From: an uncultured Planctomycetia bacterium
GTDB lineage: Bacteria > Omnitrophota > Gorgyraeia > JABMRG01 > JAFGKX01
Length of the DNA stretch: 64,000 bases
Direction: 5' to 3'
Assembly: GCA_964570585.1 (NCBI GenBank)
Contig: CAZMYR010000001.1
Span: forward strand, 17,441-81,440
Position numbers and translations under genes: made by a program. The first letter of the stretch is position 1. Each line of letters opens with the position of its first letter. Under the pieces are notes generated by a model. The model ran no database searches and was not told the DNA's origin. It saw nothing but the letters and a program-made list of their open reading frames with translations. This document shows positions 57,107 through 64,000 of the stretch, one piece after another.

Positions 57107-57815
57107 CTGACCCTAACCCCCTTGGAGCATTAGTCCCCTTAGAACTTAAATCTGAATATCGGCCTGTTTTTAGGGTAAGCCTTCAAAAGATTTATGATGT
57201 TTTTTTCACATTTTTTAAAGACTTTTTTAACTGGCGTAATAAGTATACCATATAAATGCCTGATTGTCAAGGGTTCCTGTGATTTTTTTGCTTGGTCTGC
57301 CCTGCTAAGAAAACTCAGCTTTTGGCAGGTCCGGAGATGCTGTTTAGAAGCTTTTCAAATGCTGTTTATCGACTGAACTTTAATTAATCTTTGTTATAGC
57401 TTATATATTGTATTGCAAATATTATAAGCCCAAACCTCACTGATGTCAAGAATTTTTTTAAAAAATACAGACGTTTCCCAACTCAATCGGGAAACTGCCC
57501 CATTTTCAATCGGGAAAGTGTACCCTGCCATGATACACCAAAACCGAGGAGCATTATGGAGCGAGACATTAGGAATTTTTTGCTATACAAAACGCCATAA
57601 GCGAAGCAATCACCTATGAGCAGTGATAGCATTTTTTTAGCATTTTACGAACGAGAATGAGCGAGCCCCGAAGGTTCGGGGCGAGCGAAGGAAAGTTTGT
57701 GTTTGAGCCCGAACACATCATAAGATGTGAGGGCGAGTTAAATTTTCCCGAAGTGAGTAAAATGCGTGCCAAAGGCAAAAAATGCGTGCTGCGAGTAGGT
57801 GATTGCTGAGCACGT

Positions 57816-57837
57816 AACCGTATCATAACCGTATCAT
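57816..57837. repeat. Perfect tandem direct repeat 2 x AACCGTATCAT
   Basis: Seen directly. A second direct pair AAAATGCGTGC is at ~57759-57769 and ~57779-57789. A hairpin GCCCCGAAGGTTCGGGGC is at 57665-57682. Confidence 0.5.
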
Positions 57838-57889
57838 TGTCGTAACTCATTGTTTTTATTAATGATAAAAGAGCTCAAAAAAACCGGCA

Positions 57890-57917
57890 TCTCAAAATTC
57901 TATATAGAATTTTGAGA
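57890..57917. promoter_or_regulatory. Perfect 28-bp palindrome TCTCAAAATTCTATATAGAATTTTGAGA (candidate dimeric-repressor operator)
   Basis: Its reverse complement is identical to itself. It lies in the ~1-kb spacer between the divergent giant gene and the brnTA operon. Confidence 0.45.
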
Positions 57918-58074
57918 CAATTGTCCTAAAAATTCAAGTATTTTTAAAGAATTGCTCATCGGGATACTCCTTCTCGGTAAAATTATGGGAAAAGGTGAAA
58001 ACGCCCGCACGGTAGCATTAAGGTTAAGTTAACTTTTGTGCCAGGAGTTAGGGGGGGGTATCAGGTTGAGAATA

Positions 58075-58100
58075 AAAAAATTAAAATTAAAATTAAAATT
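58075..58100 (+). promoter_or_regulatory. (AAAATT)n A-tract array immediately upstream of the -35 box (UP-element-like)
   Basis: aaaaaattaaaattaaaattaaaatt. It is preceded by a G8 homopolymer at 58051-58058. Confidence 0.35.
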
Positions 58101-58104
58101 GTTG

Positions 58105-58133
58105 TTGACAAAGGGCACACATTGTGTTATATT
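58105..58133 (+). promoter_or_regulatory. Sigma70-type promoter TTGACA-17 nt-TATATT driving brnTA
   Basis: -35 box at 58105-58110 and -10 box at 58128-58133, with consensus spacing. Confidence 0.55.
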
Positions 58134-58438
58134 TATATGCATTGAGGTATTATACGTGGAATGATGAAAAAAATAAAAAGTTAATCGTAGAACGAAATAT
58201 CTCTTTTGAAGAAATAATTTTCTATATTGAAAAAGGTTGTTTGCTTGATACTTTAGACCACCCAAACAAGAAAAGATATAAGAGGCAACGCATATTTGTG
58301 GTGAGAGTAAAAAATTATGTTTACCTTGTACCTTTTGTTGAGAAAGAGAAAAACATTTTTTTAAAGACAATTATTCCTAGTCGTAAGGCTACGCGAATAT
58401 ATTTAAAGGAGGATAAAAAAAATGGCCAAACTAGATAA
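58124..58438 (+). CDS. brnT: BrnT-family (DUF497) ribonuclease toxin
   Basis: WNDEKNKKLIVERNISFEEIIFYI ... IFVVRV ... KTIIPSRKATRIYLKE matches BrnT hallmarks (WD..K...N..KH.ISFEE and RIISARKAT). The track start is GTG at 58124, which overlaps the -10 box. An in-frame TTG at 58142 is the more likely, leaderless start. Stop TAA at 58436-58438. Confidence 0.75.
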   Translation: MLYLYALRYYTWNDEKNKKLIVERNISFEEIIFYIEKGCLLDTLDHPNKKRYKRQRIFVVRVKNYVYLVPFVEKEKNIFLKTIIPSRKATRIYLKEDKKNGQTR

Positions 58439-58694
58439 AAAAGAAAAAGCAATCCTTAAATCCTATGAGAAGGGAGAGTGGCGGTCAGTAAGGAACTTAA
58501 AATCAAAATTGAAAGATTATAAGATGTACGCAAGGGCAACTCTTAAAAAAGATAAACGAATAAATATTAGAATACCTTCACAGGATTTAGAAGGAATTCA
58601 AAGAATAGCTATTGAGGAAGGGCTTCCTTACCAAACTTTTATAACAAGCATTCTTCATAAATATGTTACAGGAAGGCTTAGGAAGGCCGGCTAA
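58422..58694 (+). CDS. brnA: BrnA-family antitoxin
   Basis: AAAGGAGGA lies 8 nt upstream of the ATG. The start overlaps the brnT end by 17 nt. KRINIRIPSQDLEGIQRIAIEEGLPYQTFITSILHKYVTG is close to the BrnA consensus (RISIRL...DLE.IK..A.EEGIPYQTLI.S.IHKYV.G). Toxin-first gene order is typical of BrnTA. Confidence 0.8.
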   Translation: MAKLDKKEKAILKSYEKGEWRSVRNLKSKLKDYKMYARATLKKDKRINIRIPSQDLEGIQRIAIEEGLPYQTFITSILHKYVTGRLRKAG

Positions 58695-58695
58695 T

Positions 58696-58716
58696 AAAAG
58701 GGGACCGTCCCCTTTT
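58696..58716 (+). terminator. Rho-independent terminator after brnA (AAAAGGGGACCGTCCCCTTTT)
   Basis: 5-bp GC stem with a 3-nt loop, flanked by an A-run and a T-run. Confidence 0.65.
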
Positions 58717-58729
58717 ACCTAAATTTAAA

Positions 58730-59100
58730 AACTTCTATTATATCTCAAATGGTCCTGGAGGCCTTGACAGTCAACTACCCCACGCCTAAAGGTGGAGGGC
58801 TTGTGAGAATAAGCCTGGTTGACTAGGGGGCATTGAAAGATGCAGAAGTTAAGAGAAAGAAGGATAACCAACACACCTACGGTTATTACGCACGACCGTA
58901 GCAACTGTGGTCTGTCATTAAACAGCCCTGAGGGTAGGGACAGTGTGGCAGGCTTAAAAACCTCTCTTAACAGCCCCGATGCGTCTCTAACTGCGAGTCC
59001 CGCCCTTTTACAAAAGGGCGGGACGAGAGGACACGCAGGACAGAACCCGAGGGTATCTGTCGTTTACCCCCACACCAAAAGTTTTGGTGTGGGGGTTTAT
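58730..59100 (+). ncRNA. Candidate omega-RNA (OMEGA guide/scaffold RNA) upstream of, and overlapping, the iscB start
   Basis: Strongly structured. Perfect 13-bp hairpins GTCCCGCCCTTTT/ACAAAAGGGCGGGAC (58997-59024) and CCCCCACACCAAAAG/TTTTGGTGTGGGGG (59067-59095). The track's 5' extension of the iscB ORF (58840-59088) translates to low-complexity, non-protein-like sequence. The extent is approximate. Confidence 0.4.
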
Positions 59101-60315
59101 GTCCTCAGTAAAAAGGGCAAGCCACTCATGCCCTGTTCGCCAAGAAAGGCAAGAGTGCTTCTCAAAGAGACCAAGGCAAGGGTTGTAAAGAGGGCTCCCT
59201 TCACAATAAAGCTTAATATCGCCACGGGAGAAGCAGAGCAACCGATTACTCTTGGTGTTGACAGCGGATACAACTCATTGGGCTTATCAGCAGTATCAAA
59301 AGATAAAGAGCTTTATAGAGCTCAAGTAAGGCTAAGAGAAGACTTGGTAAAACTTAATTCAGAACGAAGGCAGTATCGCCGGGGGAGGAGATACCGCAAA
59401 ACATGGTACAGAAAGCCCAGATTTCTTAACCGAAAGAAACCCCCAGGATGGTTGGCACCTTCCATCCAGCACAAATTGGACTCACATATCAAATTAATCA
59501 CCAAGGCCAAAGAGATACTGCCCATTTCAAAGATTAGTATTGAAGTGGCAGCATTTGACATCCAAAAGATTAAGAACCCTGACATTGAAGGCGAGGGTTA
59601 TCAAAAAGGCAAACAGGCGGGATTCTGGAATGTAAGGGAGTACGCACTTCACCGGGATAACCACCAGTGTCAGCACTGTAATGGCAAATCCAAATCCTCG
59701 GTATTGGAGCTACACCATATCATATCAAGACAGACAGGAGGAGACAGACCTGAAAATCTGATAACTTTATGTTCTATCTGCCACGATAAGGTATCAAAAG
59801 GCCAATTAGAACTTAAAGCCGAACCATCCAAGGGATTCAAAGCTGAAACCTTTATGTCAACAGTTAGATGGAAGTTGATTAATAAGCTGCGAGACTCTGG
59901 TAATATGGTAACACACACTTATGGTTATGTAACAAAAAGCAAGAGGATAGAGTTGGGGATACCAAAAAATCACACCAACGATGCCTTTGTGATAGCAGGT
60001 GGGACTACTCAGAAAAGGACAACATCGGAAGATTTCATCAAACAGGTCAGAAGGAGTAACCGTAAGTTGTTTAAAGGAGACAGGAGTCAGATAAGGAATA
60101 CGGCCGAGAGGTTTGTCTGTGGATTTCAGAGGTTTGATAAAGTGCTATACAATGGTGTGGAGTGCTTCATTTTTGGCAGAAGAAAAACAGGCTATTTTCA
60201 TCTAAGAAAATTGGATGGAACTAAAATTCATTCTTCAGCAAAACAAACAAAGCTAACTCTGCTTGAGAGCGCAAAAACTTTACTGATAGAAAGAAGGCTG
60301 GCTCTCCTCCCCTGA
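59089..60315 (+). CDS. iscB: IscB RNA-guided nuclease (PLMP domain, split RuvC with inserted HNH)
   Basis: The proposed GTG start at 59089 gives MGVYVLSKKGKPLMPCSPRKARVLL, the PLMP motif. Other motifs: RuvC-I LGVDSGYNSLGLSAV; Arg-rich bridge helix RRQYRRGRRYRKTWYRKPRF; RuvC-II ISIEVAAFD; HNH CQHCNG...LELHHI...NLITLCSICH; RuvC-III NHTNDAFVIAGG. The track ORF is 58840..60315; stop TGA at 60313-60315. Confidence 0.75.
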   Translation: MGVYVLSKKGKPLMPCSPRKARVLLKETKARVVKRAPFTIKLNIATGEAEQPITLGVDSGYNSLGLSAVSKDKELYRAQVRLREDLVKLNSERRQYRRGRRYRKTWYRKPRFLNRKKPPGWLAPSIQHKLDSHIKLITKAKEILPISKISIEVAAFDIQKIKNPDIEGEGYQKGKQAGFWNVREYALHRDNHQCQHCNGKSKSSVLELHHIISRQTGGDRPENLITLCSICHDKVSKGQLELKAEPSKGFKAETFMSTVRWKLINKLRDSGNMVTHTYGYVTKSKRIELGIPKNHTNDAFVIAGGTTQKRTTSEDFIKQVRRSNRKLFKGDRSQIRNTAERFVCGFQRFDKVLYNGVECFIFGRRKTGYFHLRKLDGTKIHSSAKQTKLTLLESAKTLLIERRLALLP

Positions 60316-60346
60316 ACCTTTTGGCAGGGGTTTGCGAGCCGGAGTT

Positions 60347-60374
60347 TTTCAATGAAGCGATTATAGGGTATAAT
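60347..60374 (+). promoter_or_regulatory. Candidate promoter of fic (TTCAAT-16-TATAAT), bracketed by 13-bp direct repeats AATGAAGCGATTA at 60351-60363 and 60385-60397
   Basis: Consensus -10 TATAAT at 60369-60374. The repeats are seen directly. Confidence 0.35.
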
Positions 60375-60407
60375 TATATCAGAAAATGAAGCGATTAGAG
60401 GTGCTAA

Positions 60408-61535
60408 ATGATTTACATATGGAAGCAAAAAAAATGGCCTCAGTTAAAATGGCAAAGCGATAAACTGCTGCCATCTTTAAGCCAGGCACGCTTCCTTCAA
60501 GGGGAACTGTTAAGCAAGATCCGTTCTCTGGGCTTAAACCAGGGCAAGGAACCAAGTGCTGAAATACTGGTAGAGGAGACTGTTAAAACCGCTGCTATTG
60601 AAGGAGTCCGGCTGGATAAGGATGCTGTGCGTTCATCCGTAGCGAGAAGATTAGGCCTGCCTACAGCAGGTTTAAAATCACCAGATAAAGACGCAGAAGG
60701 CCTTGTCAGCGTGCTCCTGGATGCTACTAGAAATTATAAAAAACCACTTACTGTCAAACGCTTAAAATCATGGCAGGCGGCACTATTTCCGACAGGTTAC
60801 TCAGGGCTTTCTAAGATAAGGGTAGGAAAATGGCGTGGAAAAAGTCCGATGCAAGTAGTCTCAGGACCTATTGGTCGTAAGAGAGTTCATTTTGAGGCCC
60901 CGCCATCAGAAAGAATAGATACAGAAATAAAAAAGTTCATAAAATGGTGGCAGAAACCCCCAAAGAACTTAGACAGCTTATTAAGGGCAGGCATTGCCCA
61001 TTTCTATTTTGTTACCATTCATCCTTTTGAAGATGGCAATGGCCGTATAGCCAGGGCATTAACAGATATGGCCTTATCTCAGGATGAGAATCTTCCAAAG
61101 AGGTATTATTCTCTTTCAACCAGTATAATGGCAGGAAGAAAGGCATATTACGATATCTTGGAGAAATGCCAAAGAGGCACGCTTGATATAACAGAATGGC
61201 TGTTGTGGTTCCTGAAATTCTATTTAAAGGCAATTGAGGAATCAGAAAAGGCTATTCAAAAATCATTGCAAAAGGCAGAATTTTGGCAAAAGCATGCTCA
61301 AACCAACCTGAATAATAACCAACGGAAAGTAATTAATCGCTTGCTTGATGCCGGTCCAAGTGGCTTTATAGGAGGCTTAACCACGCGAAAATACGTAGCA
61401 ATGACAAAGACAAGCAGGGCCACGGCTTATAGGGATATCTCTGATCTGGTAAGAAAGAAGATACTGGCTCGCTCTAAAGCTAAAGGCAGAAGCGTCTCCT
61501 ACGAGCTCATCTTTGTTGAAAAATTACAGACGTAA
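60408..61535 (+). CDS. fic: Fic/DOC family protein (AMP-transferase-type Fic domain with DUF4172-like N-terminus and C-terminal wHTH-like tail)
   Basis: The Fic active-site motif HPFEDGNGRIARAL (HxFx[DE]GNGRxxR) is present. The N-terminus MIYIWKQKKWPQLKW is typical of DUF4172-Fic proteins. GAGGTG lies 6 nt upstream of the ATG. Confidence 0.8.
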   Translation: MIYIWKQKKWPQLKWQSDKLLPSLSQARFLQGELLSKIRSLGLNQGKEPSAEILVEETVKTAAIEGVRLDKDAVRSSVARRLGLPTAGLKSPDKDAEGLVSVLLDATRNYKKPLTVKRLKSWQAALFPTGYSGLSKIRVGKWRGKSPMQVVSGPIGRKRVHFEAPPSERIDTEIKKFIKWWQKPPKNLDSLLRAGIAHFYFVTIHPFEDGNGRIARALTDMALSQDENLPKRYYSLSTSIMAGRKAYYDILEKCQRGTLDITEWLLWFLKFYLKAIEESEKAIQKSLQKAEFWQKHAQTNLNNNQRKVINRLLDAGPSGFIGGLTTRKYVAMTKTSRATAYRDISDLVRKKILARSKAKGRSVSYELIFVEKLQT

Positions 61536-61621
61536 AATATATCGCATCGTTAAATTTACTCTACGGCTGGACATAACCCGACCCGACCGTAATGGCTAGG
61601 GGGGGCATTTTTGGTCAGGTA

Positions 61622-62806
61622 TTATTTTTCTTTTTTCTTTTCTTGCACAAATTTCCTCTGAAGATAATCTACGACTTGTTTAAACTTGTAAAGCCTGTCG
61701 GCATCCTCATCGGGAATATCAATGCCAAGCTCTTCTTCAAAGGTCATTGCGATTTCAATGCTGGCTAAAGAATCCACACCTAAATCCTTTACAAGATGGG
61801 CATTATCATGGATTAAGTCTTTTGATATGCCTAATTGTTCCGCGATAATTTTTCTGGCTACATCCGGAATATCTTCTTTCGTTATCTCTTTTTTCTTTTC
61901 TTCCGGCGGTTTAGGAGACGCTTTATATTTTAGTCCGAGCGCCGGTATTCTAACAGCTTTATCTGTCTTAAAATATAAGTTGTTTTTTATGGCAGTGTCT
62001 CTTACTAATCTACCGAGTTTATCTAACCTAACATCAACTGCCGGAGGAAGATTTGAGAGATTAATCCCTTCTGTCTTCTCGTCCTCTGGTTTATTACTGT
62101 AAACAATTATATCTTTCGGTTTATCGTCCGATTTAGTTATGGCTTTATATATCTCACTTTTAGCCCCTAGCACTATTTGATTCCCTAATACAATATCAGG
62201 CCTGAAATTGTGAAGCTCTTTTTTTATGTCTTCTTCTACCCCCCCTATTTTGCTTGAATCAAATGTTTTGACGCCTACGAACAACATCTGCATTGAGTAT
62301 TCACCGCCGCATTTTTCTTTACTCTCAAAATATATGTTTTTAGGAACAAAGTAGTTAAGAGCAAGGTCTATAAACAAAAGTTTCGCCTTCGGCATTATAT
62401 AAGGATCATTATATATAGGGATTTCTTCTTTTTTAATTATTCTTCTGCCTTCTAAAACATCTTTTGCTGTCTCAACTATAGTATTGGGGCTAAATGGTTT
62501 TGCCATAAAGGCATCATATTTAAGCCCCTTTACTTTTTCTTCATATTGTTCACCATATCCTGTTAAAATTACAACTTTTGTTTTTGGGTACTTTTCGTTT
62601 ATTATCTCTAAAACACCAGGGCCGTCTAAACCTTTCATTTTCATATCTAATATGACAAGGTCGATACCTTTTGATTCTAGTTTCTTCACGGCTTCTTCGC
62701 CGGATAAGGCAATAGCTACACTATGGCCTTCTTTTGAAAAGAAATACTCAAGGGTAGATGTAAGTTCTTTTTCATCGTCTATAACAAGGATATTTTCATT
62801 TGGCAT
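61622..62806 (-). CDS. Response regulator receiver domain fused to an unknown middle domain and a C-terminal acyl-carrier-protein (phosphopantetheine-binding) domain
   Basis: REC domain: ILVIDDE...DLVILDMKMKGLDG...KPF. C-terminus: IAEQLGISKDLIHDNAHLVKDLGVDSLASIEIAMTFEEELGIDI is a classic ACP helix-II DSL motif. No DNA-binding output domain was recognised. Confidence 0.7.
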   Translation of the reverse strand: MPNENILVIDDEKELTSTLEYFFSKEGHSVAIALSGEEAVKKLESKGIDLVILDMKMKGLDGPGVLEIINEKYPKTKVVILTGYGEQYEEKVKGLKYDAFMAKPFSPNTIVETAKDVLEGRRIIKKEEIPIYNDPYIMPKAKLLFIDLALNYFVPKNIYFESKEKCGGEYSMQMLFVGVKTFDSSKIGGVEEDIKKELHNFRPDIVLGNQIVLGAKSEIYKAITKSDDKPKDIIVYSNKPEDEKTEGINLSNLPPAVDVRLDKLGRLVRDTAIKNNLYFKTDKAVRIPALGLKYKASPKPPEEKKKEITKEDIPDVARKIIAEQLGISKDLIHDNAHLVKDLGVDSLASIEIAMTFEEELGIDIPDEDADRLYKFKQVVDYLQRKFVQEKKKEK

Positions 62807-62825
62807 CTTTTTGCTCCTTATGTTT

Positions 62826-64000
62826 TTATATAGCTGGTAAAGTTATTTTAAAATATGTTCCTTTGCCATATTCCGATTCAACGTCAATTGTTCCTTTATG
62901 GTTTTCTATCATTGCTTTTATCACAGATGAGCCTATGCCCGTGCCTTTTTCGGTTGTAGCTTTGGTAGTAAAAAATGGTAAAAAAAGCTGGTCCGATTCC
63001 TCTTTTGTCATACCAATACCATTATCGGATAACTCTATACGCCAGAGATTGTTATCTGTAAAAGCCTTTATTTTTGTTTCAGGTATATAATCTTTTTGGT
63101 TTTGTTTCTTTTGTTGTTCCGCATCATGAGCGTTGTCTAAGAGATTAAAGAATATATCCTGAAGTTGCGCCATATCACCTTTTATTTTAAGGGGCGTTTT
63201 CTCTACATCGGTTTTGAGATTAAGTTCTGTAATATCGAATTTGTATGATAAAAGTTCAATAGTTGCAGTTATAACCTCATCGAGATCGACTAGCTTATAT
63301 TTTGTCTCCTTCCGGGAAAATACTGTTAAGTGTTTGGTGATGTTGCCTCCTAAATTAGCGTTTTCTGCAATGCTTTTCATTGCTTTTTCGGCTCTTACCA
63401 AGAAAGTTTTATTCTCATTGGATAAACTTACTTTTTTCATTCCATCCTGCATAATATCAAGTGCCTCTTCTGCTTTTGCCCAGATGGCCTGAAAACGGTT
63501 GTTAATTTGATGCCCCATCATAGAACCCATCTGTCCTATAGAGCGAAGCCGGTGTTCATGAAACTGCTGGGCTAGAGATTTTCCGGTTTCTTCATAAAAT
63601 ATGGCATTTTCAATGGCTAAAGCTGCCTGATTAGCCAATACCTGAAATACTGCTAAGTCATCTGATGTATACATATCGCCTGAGAGTTTCTTGCCCATTG
63701 CCAGGAAGCCTATTAACTCATTTTGGATGAAACTAGGAATTATTATATCAGCTTGCATGTCTTTCATGTTTTTAGCTATGTTCTTTCCCTCCGGCATAAG
63801 AGCTGCCTCATCATATATTAAAATGTCCCTATGGCCTTTAAGCCATTTTATTAAGGGTATGTTGCTTTGTATCTTCCCTGCAGGGAGATTTGATATATTT
63901 TGTCTGTTTCTTTTTGCCCTTAGGTTATATTCGTCTGCTTCGGGATTTCGTAGATATATATAAGCATGACTAACACCAATGGCTTTGCTCATTACGCGTA
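62826..64000 (-). CDS. GAF-domain sensor histidine kinase (HisKA + HATPase_c); may extend beyond the window end
   Basis: H-box FHEHRLRSIGQMGSMMGHQINN, N-box LLDNAHDA, G-boxes DNGIGM and GTGIGSSVI. The first ATG is at 63990-63992 and no stop lies between it and 64000. The gap to the downstream regulator is 19 bp. Confidence 0.75.
   Translation of the reverse strand, partial: RVMSKAIGVSHAYIYLRNPEADEYNLRAKRNRQNISNLPAGKIQSNIPLIKWLKGHRDILIYDEAALMPEGKNIAKNMKDMQADIIIPSFIQNELIGFLAMGKKLSGDMYTSDDLAVFQVLANQAALAIENAIFYEETGKSLAQQFHEHRLRSIGQMGSMMGHQINNRFQAIWAKAEEALDIMQDGMKKVSLSNENKTFLVRAEKAMKSIAENANLGGNITKHLTVFSRKETKYKLVDLDEVITATIELLSYKFDITELNLKTDVEKTPLKIKGDMAQLQDIFFNLLDNAHDAEQQKKQNQKDYIPETKIKAFTDNNLWRIELSDNGIGMTKEESDQLFLPFFTTKATTEKGTGIGSSVIKAMIENHKGTIDVESEYGKGTYFKITLPAI

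Larger units (their letters stand above)
58726..60340 (+). mobile_element. IS200/IS605-family IscB (OMEGA) element without tnpA; the ends are not resolved
   Basis: The omega-RNA-like structured region plus iscB. A 3' hairpin CCCCTG-N10-CAGGGG-TTTG at 60309-60336 overlaps the stop codon. Confidence 0.4.

Noticed and set aside
58075-58100. (AAAATT)n array and the 11-bp tandem repeat at 57816-57837 as possible CRISPR or minisatellite arrays
   Set aside because: There are only 2-4 units, no spacer-repeat alternation and no cas genes. They fit promoter-proximal A-tracts and operator iterons better.
58029-58370. Minus-strand ORF 58029..58370 (113 aa) and plus-strand ORF 57194..57376, minus-strand ORF 57614..57850
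   Set aside because: They overlap brnT or the promoter/regulatory spacer, and have no RBS, no recognisable domains and odd composition. They are treated as spurious.
58840-59088. 5' extension of the iscB ORF in the ORF track (MQKLRERRITNTPTVITHDRSNCGLSLNSPEGRDS...)
   Set aside because: The translation is low-complexity and not IscB-like. The region is packed with perfect hairpins and precedes the PLMP motif. It is more likely the omega-RNA than coding sequence, so I moved the start to GTG 59089.

Overview
Most of this 64-kb window (positions 1-57106) is five consecutive minus-strand large or giant ORFs, separated by 48-390 bp spacers, each with its own Shine-Dalgarno-like site. Their sizes are at least 1114 aa (partial, runs off the window start), 1769 aa, 3292 aa, 1900 aa and 10,643 aa (a 32-kb gene). 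Such giant-gene loci are reported mainly from Omnitrophota-type uncultured bacteria; that assignment is inference only. Four of the five proteins carry recognisable sugar-phosphate and nucleotide-sugar enzyme modules embedded among unknown regions. The fifth, the 10,643-aa protein, instead carries an SF2-helicase-like ATPase plus four polytopic membrane bundles. A short motif K-[AS]-S-S-[AS]-G recurs at least 12 times across the giant proteins. Downstream lies a ~1-kb repeat- and palindrome-rich spacer, then a BrnT/BrnA toxin-antitoxin pair, an IscB nuclease with an upstream structured omega-RNA-like region (an IS200/IS605-type OMEGA element), and a Fic family protein. The window ends with a GAF histidine kinase and a response regulator fused to an acyl-carrier-protein domain. 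The supplied ORF track lists no minus-strand ORF in 1-8893 although hand translation shows continuous coding there, so those calls are mine. No rRNA, tRNA or CRISPR array was seen.
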